Source: Phaeosaccion multiseriatum
Lineage: Eukaryota > Protista > Ochrophyta, other classes
Assembly: GCA_965112735.1 (NCBI GenBank)
Contig: OZ218957.1
Span: 372,001 to 436,000, forward strand
DNA length: 64,000 nt
Direction of reading: 5' to 3'
The translations under genes were made by a program, and so were the position numbers. Positions 22,562 through 34,625 of the stretch are shown piece by piece. Under the pieces are notes generated by a model, which ran no database searches, was not told the origin of the DNA, and was given only the letters and a program-made list of their open reading frames with translations. Numbering within the stretch: the first letter of the stretch is position 1; every line of letters begins with the position of its first letter.

Positions 22562-23194
22562 CTATTGATGACCGGTTTTGGTGGGGCGAGATGCCCCACT
22601 CGGTGAAAGTGGGTATTTTTAGTACCCAATTTTTTTAAAAGTGGGTATTTTTAGTACAGTACCCAATATGGACCAGTAGCGCCCCTCCCCCCCCCCCTCC
22701 TTTTTTGTGTGTGTATCTCTCCCCTCCTCCTCCAAAATATACTACGCTATGATATGACGATTTAATGGTATTACCACGATAACAATGGTATTCATATTTA
22801 CAGACACACTTAGTGTCCGTCCTCAATCATGCATGGCTTACAGTAGTAGTCAAAATCGCCTTCCGAAAAACCCTTGCTGTCGCAAAACTCGACGGTGCAC
22901 ATGTGGTGCACGAGGTTTCCACACGATCTTTCGGATGGGCAGAGGAACAGCTTGACTTGCGAGGGCTTAGTACAGCCATACGAGCATGTGAAGGCCATGT
23001 CTCCCTCTCTCAAGCCGCCCAACGACGGCGCTGCTGACGCGGCAGCAGCGGCAGTAGCGGCCGCAGCGGCCGCATCAGAGGCAGCAGCAGAAGCAGCATC
23101 AGAAGCAGTACCAGTACCAGTACGCTGTTTTTTTTGGGCCCCCCTTCCCCCACCCCTTCCTCCTCGTCCTCCTCCGGCTCCGCCTCCTCCTGTT

Positions 23195-23228
<34 letters not shown>

Positions 23229-26154
23229 TGCTGCTGCCACCTCCCTCCTCGTCGTCCTCTGCACCGCTATCACCTCCATCCCCCTCCTTCGACTCGTCTG
23301 CACCAGTGCCACTTTCCTTCGCCCTCGCCCGCTTCGCCCGTTTTTTCGCGTCCGCCTGCTGCGCGCTCCATAAATTATACACGGTGGTCCACACCAGCTG
23401 ATTGAAGCGGCGCTTGTGAGAATCAGAACGAGACTTGATGTCAAAGGCGTCTTTGACTGCGTCAAACATGCTTCGCGCTTCTTCAAGCGTCGGCTTGTCC
23501 TTCCAGAGCCCCTTTTCTTTCGCCGCGGATTCAATCGCACCCATCAAACAGCAAAATTTTGACATCCTTCGCTTCTCCGCCCTCCCCTGCACGTCTGCTG
23601 TCGTGAATTCTCGAAGGCGAGGAGTGCCTGTCATCCAAGCATCCCAAGCAGCGCGCACAGTGAAGCTAGGGACCTCAAAGTGCTCGGGAAGGGTATGCCA
23701 CCGGCCGTTGTAGAGATACAGAGGTGGCTGATCTGCACCTGCACAAGAAGAAGAAGAGGGCGGGGCGCTGCTCGAACCCTCACCAAGGCCCAGAGTGCCT
23801 GCCTGGTGAGCCGCGAGAAGGTCGCTGAGCCCACTCTTAGAAAAGGCTGCGTCGAGGGTCGTCTGCAGGGCCCTGCTCACACCCAGACTGGTGACAGTGC
23901 CAGAGGCCTGTGCATTCTCCTCCAGAACGTCACGGATCAGCGTCTCCAAGTCGACCTTGATCGTCTGGCCCAACACCTCAAGCTTGCCGCCTAGAGAGGC
24001 CACGCTGTCCGCCACGACTTGGAATTGCCTCAGCTGCACGACGTGGGGAGGAATCCCGGTTGCAGAAATCTCGTCCGTCTCGTCCGGATACTTCAGCACG
24101 ACATGCTCTGAAAGGTCCGCCAGCAACCTTTGATCTCGGAAGAGCTGTGTCGTGAAAAGAGGGTGATTCTCCTGAAGAGTGCTGCGCAGAAAGCCGGCGT
24201 GGTACACCACACTGGCAAGACAGAATTCAGCCACCTTCCTCAATCTCAGCGGCACGTCCCTGAAGCAGCTCACAATGGCTCCCGCGAGCACGTCTTCAAT
24301 GCCCTCCTTCGCTGTGCCGTCCACCTTGAGGCGCTGAAAAAAGGGAGGAAGCAATGCAAACTCCTTCGCTGAGATGTTCGCGCCGGAGGCAGCCCGGCCC
24401 ACATACTGATCTGCTGCATTGATGGGGTTGAAGTAGATGCCCTGCACGCCGGGAAGAGACCATCCCATAAGTTGCACAGCAATTGGGTTGGGAGCAGCGG
24501 ACGAGCCGCTTGTGACGTGCGAGGCAGCGCCCTTGCGCCCAGAATGAGTGCCGAGGTCCTCTGGAGTCAGCCCCATGCCTTCCAAAATGGACGAGTTCGC
24601 CGCCGCCGTACGTCTGAGGAAGCCGCAATACCTATCGTACTGATTGTTGCCAGCGAACAGCGCGTTCTTCTCAAAACCAAAGCTCAGGAGGTAAACACCA
24701 AGCGCGAGGACGGGGCAGATCTCCGGCATGATTGGATTCGCGTAGACGTGGCGAGGATGTCGGGCCTTCTCTCCCAGCTGATCGCCCTTTTGCTTCCCAA
24801 AATAGACGCAGAGCGCGTCCCCCTTCCACTCGAGATGATCGAGACAAATCTCCACACAGTTGGTGGCGCGGCACATCAGATTCCAGGAGAGAACGAGGAA
24901 GGGGTGGCCAAAGGCGCCCTGTCTGTGCCCGTTCTCACAGACTGCCGAGCTCAGCATTGCTGCGATGTACACAAGCGAAGGAAACAGTGGCAACCAAAGA
25001 CGGCGTCAGGGCTAGGAAGTGAGTGGGGGGCATTCAATGCATCAGCCACTTGTCTCCACCCACTCCACTAGTTTCCACTGTCCACTGACTCCACACAGCT
25101 GGGAATTTACCTTTGGCAAGAGCGCGGTAGAGAGCGAACGGCATGGGAGCCTTCCCTTCTCTGACTTCGACATTTCCCTCCTGCTTCTCTCCTGCGATCG
25201 TCCTCTTCAGCCCCTTGGTGAGCGTCGCAAGGTCGCTTTGCAATTTGCGGTGCTGTTCCTCCTGATGGTAGTCTCTGTACAGATTGAAGAGTGCAGAGCG
25301 TTTCGACTGTGCACCGGCCTTGGATAAGCCCTTCGGCCCCTTCTTGACTTCAAGCAGCCACCCGAAGAACGCGTCGGCTGTCAGCAGATGGAACAGCAAA
25401 GGGTGCGGCGCCCGAGGTGCTTGGATCAAGTGTGCCTTCACCCGCTTCGTCCACTGCGCCTCAGCCTTCTTCTTGGCCTTTGCTTGGGCTTTCGCTGCTC
25501 TCGACACCTCAGCCGGCGTCTGCTGTGCCGCTGCAGTGGCACCACCCGCTCCGCCAGGTGCGGCGGCTGCTGCGGCTGCTGCTGCTCTCCTCTGTGCTTC
25601 CTCCTCTTCCCCATCTTCCCCGTCTTCCTCCTCTTCCCCTTCCGGTGGAGCAAATGCTGTCCTGAAGTCAGGGTCCAGAAGCTCCGGGTGCTTGCGGAAG
25701 AGGTATCGGATCAGCATGGTGGAGGCGCATGCATATCCACTTCTCGAGCGTGGGGCGATGGTGTTGTTTCGGAGGTTCTGAATCTGCTGCTGCTCTGCAG
25801 TAAGCGGTGCTTCTTCCCCCTCTGCTGCTGGTGCTTCCGGAACCGTAGCAACAGCGACGTCAGCCATGGTATGCTCTGTTCTCCTGCAAATTCACGTGGG
25901 AGATGCCCCTCCCACCACTGGCATCAGCTGTTACAGCCGGGTATCGTCCGCGCAGCCGCTGCTCCTCTTACATAGCTGCCCTGTGCAAATATGCTGATGC
26001 TGTGAATGAATAAAAATCCATGTGGGGAGGGGGGGGAGAATGCCCCACAACCAAAAAATATTGGATAAAAAACTTGAAAAACGAGCATTTGTGGCCCATA
26101 AAATATCCAAAACCATAATTTCGTGGGGCAGGTGCCCCACATCACGGTACTATT
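22562..26154 (-). mobile_element. Crypton (CryptonS-like) tyrosine-recombinase DNA transposon; boundaries approximate
   Basis: Single YR gene in AT-rich flanks; GTGGGGC-N4/5-GCCCCAC palindromes near both ends (22581-22599, 26123-26140); candidate 5-bp terminal direct repeat CTATT (22562-22566, 26150-26154). Confidence 0.7.
22810..25867 (-). CDS. Crypton tyrosine recombinase (~968 aa; intron 24960-25110) with a GCR1_C-like segment and C-terminal PHD-like finger
   Basis: A GT-AG intron joins ORFs 25034-25867 and 22810-24993 in frame (RALAK-AMLSS). Motifs: WNLMCR, KGDQ.G, HVYANP..PEICPVLAL, GTHSGRKG, GWSL..VQGIY, DQYVGR, FALLPPFF; TVRAAWDAWMTG; C-terminal C-x3-C...C-x5-C-x4-H-x2-C...C-x2-C. Confidence 0.85.
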
Positions 26155-26238
26155 AGACATACGGACTACAGAGAACTAAAATTTATATTTAAAAAAAAAA
26201 GGCAAGATCGATCAACGCCCACCGCACTTTTTTTTTTT

Positions 26239-26836
26239 CTATTCACTGTCCACAAACACCTCGCAAAGCACGCCTTGCACATACTCCTGCTGCGTGTCCA
26301 CATCCGCCACAGAGCAGCCCTTGATCTGATGCAGCCCAGTCACAAGCGGCACGAACTCCAGTGGACAGCGCACACTCTGCCCGGGCTCCAGTACGCCCAA
26401 GTCAATGAAGCTCATTCCGTGCACGTATATGCCCACCATATCCTCCGTCTTAAACTGCAGACGGCAGCCTATGGCACGCGGCCCTCCTCCTCCCCCTCCC
26501 CCTCCTCCTCCCCCTCCCCCTCCTCCCTCCCCCCCCCCTCCTTCTCCTCCTGTATGGACGGCAGTGCCACTCCTGTCCGTGTTGTTGCGCACGACAGCTG
26601 TGATCCCCGAGGAGAGTTTCCCTAGCACCATATGCTGATGACTGGGCAGTCCCTCCAACACTACCGACAGAGCGGGTAGGGGAGGGGGGGTGTACACAAT
26701 GTCGTCACTCTGTAGTGCCCCACGCTCTCCCATCGTCGTGCGCCAGAGTAGCTCTACCCGACCGAGGGTTGTCGTCGTTGCCTGCTGCTGTTGTGTGCCC
26801 AACTGCTGACGCTCCTCCTCCTCCTTCTCTTCCACT

Positions 26837-26881
<45 letters not shown>

Positions 26882-28739
26882 TGCTCCTCCTGTTGCTGCT
26901 GCTCCTCCTCCTGCTGCTGCTTCTCCCGCTGTTGTGTGGGGTCGAGACCATCCCCACCCGCTGTATCACCAACTGCTGCCACACTGCCCGAGCTCCCCCT
27001 TACGCGATACACGAGTTGGTGGGAGTGATTGGGGCAGAGCAACAAGGCGCTGTCCATCCACTCAAGGGGGGTCATCTCGGAGGGGCCCACGGGAGGAGGA
27101 GCGCCTCCTGCTCCTTCCTGAGCACCGGCTGACCCTGACCCTACCCCTGACCCTAACCCTGACCCTAACCCTGACCCCGACCCTGAACCCCAGCCAGAGT
27201 CTGGTGCCAGCATCTCGGCGTGGAAACCTGCCTCAGACAGGAAGTCGTGGCTGTTGATGAGAAGGTCCATCTGCGTGAGGTTGGTGAGCGTCACCTCCAC
27301 GAGGAGGGTAAGTGGAGCAGCAAGAGGAGAAGTTGGTGATACAGCACCACCATCCTGGCCCTCGCCTGCCGCGTCGCCATCGTTGTTGCCGTCGTTGCTG
27401 CCTGGGTTGCCTTGGCTGCTGCCTCTTTCCACCACCCGTCGGCAGGAGACGTTGATCTCCAGGGGGCTCAACACATTAAACCTAATTTTGGAGCAATAAC
27501 GGTAATAGTTGAAGGTTTTCTGGATCGATCTTGATGGAGCGAGCCACCCTCCTTAACCAAGGAGCTGTCCAGTTCCTCATCCGCCTACTCCCTTACTCCC
27601 CCCCTCCCTTCCTCCCTCCTTCACTCACTCCGTCACTCACTCACTCACTCACTCACTCACTCACTCTCTTTCTCCCTCCCTCCCTCATTACACCCACCTG
27701 TAGAACTTTCGCAGTGTCTTGGGCTCGGTTTCCGCGTTGTCTCTATCACTCTCCCGGTCATAGTACTTGACACCTACCCTCAGGGTGTGCGTGCCAAGCT
27801 CCGAGAGGGGCGAGCACACAATCATATCGACCTTCTCTCCGCATCGCAGCACTGGCGCGGGGTTGTCGGGCAGGGAGGTGGCTCTGAAGAGGGGAGAGAG
27901 GGAGGTCGATACACACACAGAGAGAGAGAGGGAGAGGGCAGAGAGGCGGAGAAAGCGGGTGAGGGAGAGGGGGTGCGAAGGGGCGGTACATTAGAGTGCG
28001 GGCGGCGGGCGCGTGCAGAGAGGGGAGCCAAGATCTGTCCATGTGCGAGGTGAGATTCAGATGGTACAGGGAGGGGCGGTGAGACCTGAAACGCCTGCCT
28101 GCCTGCCCACCCGCCTGGCTGCCTGAGTCAGACAGAGACAGACACACAGACTACTCACCCTCTCTCCATGCGTTTATCGTCGAGATCGACGCGCTTTGTG
28201 GGCGATTGGAGCTTTGCCGACACATGCACGTCCACGAGCGTCCTCTGCTGCATGTAATTGAGCAAGCTGATGTAAGCAGTGAACTCCTCTCCGCGGTAGA
28301 TGTTACCGAAGCTGTCCGGAAGCTTCAGCACGTCGCTCAGCGTAAAGTCAGCAGCGTTTGCATCGTGGTCACCACTGGTGTCTTTCCCCTCTCCTCCTGC
28401 TGCTTCTACTGGTTTTTCCGTTCCTGCCTCCCCTCCCGTCCCTGTGAGACCGTACTCGCCGAGCTGAGAGTGCAGCTTCGGTTGCCCAGCCGAAAGAGCA
28501 GGGTGGTATAGACGAAGCACTCTGAGCGTGGGCGGCTCCAAAGCTACCGCGGGGCCCTCCTGCGGTTTCTGCTGTTGCTGCTGCTGCTGCTGTTGCTGTT
28601 GCTGGTACCCTCCATCATAAGCACCGACCGGGGTTTGACCTATCGGCTGCCGATACTGGTGCTGGTACTGCTGGTACTGCTGCTGCTGCTCCTGCTGCTG
28701 CTGATACTGCTGGTCATATTGCTGCTGTTGTTGCGTCAT
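26239..28739 (-). CDS. TRAPPC13: Trafficking protein particle complex subunit 13 (DUF974), 3 exons
   Basis: LRVLRLYHP, LKLPDSFGNIYRGEEFTAYISLLN, LSELGTHTLRVGVKY, LRKFYRFNVLSPL, LGRVELLWRTTMGERGALQS, FVPLVTGLHQIKG. Confidence 0.92.
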
Positions 28740-29040
28740 CGCGCAGCTCCTCTGCACAGATCAGCGCGACCCCATGAGCAAGGCCAGACCTGAAGAGATG
28801 GAAGAGGAGAGAAGAGGGAGAAGAAGGTGTTAACATACGAGGGATGGATTGTTAAAAGCTAAAGGTACATCGGATGATAGTTGCTTCTATCCTGCATGTT
28901 CTAATAACCGGTTCTTCTTGTCATGGCGATGATTGGGGGTGCAGGAAGGTAGTAGGAGGAGGAGAAGGGCGAGCGACAAGGGCTGAAGTAGAGAAAAAGA
29001 GGAAGAAGAAGGAAGGAAAGAACGGGAGCACTCTCTCACC
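28740..29040. promoter_or_regulatory. Probable bidirectional promoter between TRAPPC13 and NCKAP1
   Basis: Divergent ATGs at 28739 (-) and 29041 (+). Confidence 0.5.
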
Positions 29041-31008
29041 ATGGCGCTCGAGTCCGGCCTCGCCATCGGCACATGCCAGGTGCTGTGAGAATCACTCTCT
29101 CACGCACTCACTCACTTACTCTCTCCCTCCCTCTCTCCCTCCCTTGCTCACTCTCTGTCACACCCTCATCCACTCCCTCCCTCCCTCCCTCTCTCTCCCT
29201 CTCCTGCCCCACCCCCCCCCCTTCTCCCTCGGACTCGCCATCGGCACATGCCAGGTGCTGCGAGACTCCTGTCGAGGCCTCATGACGCAGCTGCACTTCC
29301 TCAAAGCCGACAAACTGAGCAGCTCGAGCGGAGGGGCCAACGCCGCACCCCACCGCCCGCCATGCCTATCCCAGAAAGGCGAGCACAGCTTTAGCTATGC
29401 CAAGCTCCGCAAGAAGCTTGAGAACACCTTCCCACCCCAGCTTCAGGACGTCATCAGGGCCGACCCCAAGTTCGAGCAGACCGCGAGGAGCACGATGACT
29501 GAGCTGCAGCCAATCTTCGACACCTTCACTGATGTTGCCGAGCTCCGGGAAGAGATAATTGCAGCCCTGCGCGACATAAGCGGGTGCGGAAGCAACAGCA
29601 GCAGTAGCAGTGGTGGTGGGAGTGGCGACGATAGCGGAGGAGGACCTCCTGAGTGGCATCTGGATCAAAACTCCATCCTCATGCACAGCTTCATGGACCT
29701 CTTTGTGGACCTGGTCAAGCTTATCCTCATGGCCGCTGAAGTAGACGAGGCTAAGGCGGTGATGGGGCTCTACATGGTCGCCAGCCAATGCTGCAAGTCG
29801 GGGGGAGGAGGAGGAGGAGGAGGGGGAGGGGGAGAGTCTTTTCGCAAGGTGGCGGATCTAGTGGTGGCGGTTACGGACGACCCTTTAGGTCGGCTTGCCA
29901 AGGACCTTGGCCACCGGGCAGTGGGGCCGTTGCGTGGCACCATCGCCGATGCCCTTCTGGAGGTGAGAGAGAGCGTGTACCTCTCGCTCAGCACACACGA
30001 CCTACGTGCCCGCAACCTCCTTACTGTGCTCTATGAGAGAGACGCCATGGCCCTACCTACCATGCAACCACTCTCTGCCAAGTACCCCACCGTGTTGGCA
30101 ACGACTGAGCTGTGTCGAGCGGATGTCTACATGGGGTGGGTGGCTTACTGTGGCCTTGCCATACCGTCGGAGATCTTCCCCGACAGCGGGTTGCTGGAGC
30201 TGTTTCGAGCCGTATGTGGAGCAACCCTCGTGCTTCCTGTATTTCGCAACGTATCGCTCAATCTCCAGGCCGAGATTGAGAGCCTGGCCTTTGGTAACAG
30301 CAGCGTTGTGACAAGCCTCGTTCTGCCCAGAGGCCTCAAGCTCAAGCAGTACGCAAAAGACATTACCAAGGAAGGCATGTTAGGAGCCGGTCTAAAGCGC
30401 CGTGACAAACGTGCCTACCTTCGAGTGCAGCTGGAGGACCTGTGCTCTTTGCTCTCTCAGACCCCTGGGGTGCTCGGACCGAAGTTTCCCATGGTCTTGT
30501 GCGCACTCTCCATGGCGAGGCAGGAGATTGAGTCCTACTTTCGGCACCAGGGGGGGACGAGGGGAGGAACCAAGAGGACACAGGCCAAGTACTTTGATGC
30601 AGAGGCATATGGGGATGTGTTCATCAGCACCCTCATCGGGAAGGCAGATAAACTCCTCGCTATTGTACAGAGGTGAGTTGTGAGGGAAACATCTGATGCT
30701 GACCTAAGGGTTACGTAATTGTGTGTGTGTGTGCGTGTGTGGAGGGTGGGTTGGGGGGGGGCGCATGGGGGGATGGCTGTAGTTTGCCACATTCTGTAAC
30801 CGTCACACCCCCCGCCTCCCAACACACACAAACAAACCCACAAACACACACACACACACACAAACACAGGTACAGCTCGGTGGTGCAGCGGTACTACACA
30901 GAGTACCTGAGCGGGGCCCAGCGTACCTCGCTCGCGGCTCGGCTTACTGAGCTCCAGGCCAGTGCCTCCGCTTACAAGAAGGTCAGCAAGGTCGGGAGGG
31001 TTGGCGGC

Positions 31009-31046
<38 letters not shown>

Positions 31047-31591
31047 GGGGGGAGGGGGAGGAGTAGACATGCTCAACAAGCTACTCGGCTGTCTGTCAGG
31101 TGCGTGTTGTTGGGTATCGGGTATTGGGTGAAAGGACATGGATTGGGGCGTTGTGCGTGTGTTTGGGTACGTGGGTGTTGGGTATCTGACCCTCTCTCCC
31201 ACCCCCCTCTCCCCCCCTTCTGCCCTCCCTCCCTCCCTCCCTCCCTCCCTCCCTCCGTGCCCAACCAACCAACCAATCAACCCAATTGCCCCCCCCACCC
31301 GTATAACCAACACATGCACTTCCTCTACCCAGGGCTGGATGCATCCAAGCCCGAGCAAGCAGATCTCAAGCCCCTCCGTGAGCTCTGCTGTCGCCTCACG
31401 GCCCTCCTCAGCAACTCTCGGAACGGTCTACTCAAGTTACCTCAAGTCGGTGACGTCATGCGGAGGATCAGTGTCATTCACCATCAAAGCAGGTGAGTCA
31501 ACGGCCATGCCATGCCATCCTATTCGCCGCCATCCTATCCGCTGCTCAAACTCCCTCCCTGCCCTACATATATATATATAATATATATATA

Positions 31592-31629
<38 letters not shown>

Positions 31630-34570
31630 TCCCATATATATATATATATATGCTCCCATACGCCTCCACCTGAGTGTTCCCGTATGCCTCTACCTACTTT
31701 TCGTACCCATACGCCTCCATCTAAATATTCCCGTATGCCTCTACCAACGTGTCATACCCATACGCCTGTCTAGGTTCGTGGATGACCTTCCCCAGCTCCT
31801 GCGTGACCACGCCGAGCTCAGCGATGCATGGTGGTTCTTCGACTCCGCTGTGTGGCCCGAGGCCCAGAGCTGCGTCAAGGGAGGTGCCCAGGCCACGCAC
31901 GCCTCTGCCTTCCTTCGCCTCATTGGAAGCTCAGTCAACAACGTGCATCCTTTCTGTCCGGAGGAGCAAGCCGTACTCGGGCAGCGGGCGGTTAGTACAC
32001 ACTCACTCTCTCTCTTTGTCTTCCTCTCTGCCTCGCTCTCCTCTCCCTCCCCCTTTCCCTCGCTGCTGTATTTAGTTGTGCAAAGAATTTGGGTCTCTGA
32101 TTGGGGCTCCTTCCTTCCTTCCTTCCTTTCCTCCGCCCCTCCCCTCTCCCTCCTCCTTCCCTCCCTCCCTCTCCTCTCCCTCCCTCCTCTCTCCCTTCCT
32201 CCCTCAGGTGGCTCGGGCGGAGTGGCTGGCAGATATGATCGGAGACGAAGTTGTGGATCTCGCGGATAGGCTCTGCACACAGGTGAGAAGGAGGAAGGAG
32301 GGGGGGGAGGAGGGGGTGAAGGAAGGAAGGGAAGGGGGGCAGGAAAGAAGGAGGAGGGGGGGCAGGAAGGAAAGAAGGAGAAGGAGAGCAGGAAGGAAAG
32401 GAGGAGGAAGGAGGGCAGTAAAGAAGGAAGGAACTATCTTCCTCCGCAACTCGGAAACAGCAACAAACCCTTGTAGCACGTAACCCTCCATACTCCCTCC
32501 GCGCCCGTACGTAACATTACTTACGAAATGGAATGAAGATGATGGTTCTTCAAACCGAAACGACACCGCGTGAAGCCGCCGCCCGCTTCGAACGCATGAG
32601 TGCGAGCAAGGCCAAGGTGAAACGCTCGCAACAGGCTGGCAGCAACGGCAAGGTTGTTGTACAACAGCAAATGGAGCCCCTCCCGGGGTCGGAATCAGCC
32701 GGCCACACTCAAGGGCAGCAGGGCGGCTCACGGTTACAGGCCATGGGGGTATTACAGGAGGGACTCCGAGGTCTCATGGGCGCACTGAGTGCCAAGGGGC
32801 CCGGGGTGGGGTACATGGTGGTGTATGATCGGCTCATTGTGCCGCTGGAGTTTGTGCGGGAGAAACTCATTGGGTTTGTCAGGCGCTTCCTCTTTCGGGC
32901 GAGCGAAGGGGGCGGGGGCACCATGGAGCGGCCGACTGTGCTGCTTACCAAGGTGAAGAGGGGAGGGAGGGAGGGAGGGAGGGAGGCAGGGATCATGAGT
33001 TGGATACATCCATGCTGCCGTTCCCTCTCGTCATCAACCCCCGAGTGAATGTCAACCTAGGTATCGACGTGAAACTCGACCTCCATACCATACCGGCTTG
33101 GATCTGAACCTCGAACGATTCCCCCGCCCCTTCTGCCCACCCCCCTCCCGCTCCCCCTCCCCATCAGGTTCAGACGTGTGTGTACGCTTTGCTGGAGTTG
33201 GGATCGCACAGCACCACAGAGATGCTCGACATTGCAAGCGTCATTCGGAAGGTGAGGCATTTTGTATGTCAGTGAGGCACTTAAAACACTCATTACCGCC
33301 TAGTACCTCGACCCTACATTACCTAAATTACGTACCTTCTTGTGCAGGGGGCATGATAGGCTTGCTTACTCCCTCTCCCTCTCCCCCCTCTCCCTCTCCC
33401 TCGCCCTCACCCTCCCTCTTCTGCCCCCCTTCCTACCCCTCTCCCGCTTCATCTCCCTCTGCCCTCCTCCCTCCCACTCGTCTTGCCAATCCATCCCATC
33501 AGGTCTTTCTGGAGGAGTTCGGCGGTGTCAAGAAGCAATCCAAGGACAGCAACAGCAGCAGCAGCAGCAGCAATATCAACAACAGCGGCAAGAGCGGGAG
33601 CAACAGCAAAAGCAGCACCAGCAAGAGCAGCCTGGCCTTGAGCAAGGGCGGCTTAGGCGGCACTGGTGGCAAGAACAGTGGCGGTAGCGAGAGCAGCGAC
33701 CCCCTGCTCAACTCCTTTGTGGTGTGGTACATGGGAGTCATTAAGGACATTTCCCCCGGTGGGCGCGCTTGTCCGGGCTTTGTATTCGTGGCGGCGAGGG
33801 ATGCGTTTGTGATGGGTCCCGACGTGTCTTCCTCCTCGGGGGGGACCCTTCCTGCCCACTTGTTTTTGGACAAGGTAAGGGAGAGGGGAGGGACGGAGAG
33901 AGGGAGGGAGAGAGGAGTGGAGGGAGTGAGGGAGGAGTGGAGGGAGGGAGGGAGGGAGGGAGGGAGGGAACAAATGGAAGAGAAAAGAGAGCTCGAGAGA
34001 GAGCCCACATTCATTGACTTACGTCACTTACGTTACTTACGTAACCCCTCTCATTACTCAGATGGAATTGGTGGCGTTGTGCACCCTGCTCGGCAGCGGC
34101 GGGGCTCGAGCGCTGGACAAGGCCCTCCTTGACATTGTAACGGCAAAAACACGCAACATACAGGCCTTTCTGGGGAGGAGAGAAGCCTACATCACTGCGC
34201 TCCGGGCGGGCTTTGCAACACCCAAGGGGCTAGAGCTCTTGGTTGCGTTGGAGGGGGCGGTGGGGGATGGCAGTGGAGGGGGAGGGGAAGGGGGAGGAGG
34301 GGGAGGAGGAGGGGGGGGCGGGGGTCTGGAGCAGCTCATGGCGGATCTGGTTAGCATTGGCGTGGCGTTGACGGTGAGTGGGTGGGTGAGGGAGGGAGGG
34401 AGGAGGTAGGGGGGGAGCAAAGGAGTGAGGGATTTGAGGGAGGAAATGAGTGAGTAGTGAAGAACAGGGGTGATGTGAGGTGGGTGGGTGGGCGTGCTTT
34501 TTGCCGGGAGGAGTGTCTCCCCCCCCCGTCCGTCCGTCTGTCTCTCCGGAGTAGCATTCACACATATAAC

Positions 34571-34625
<55 letters not shown>

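Noticed and set aside
28874-29254. ORF-track start of NCKAP1 at 28874
   Set aside because: It translates CT-rich intron-like sequence; a spliced start at 29041 fits better.
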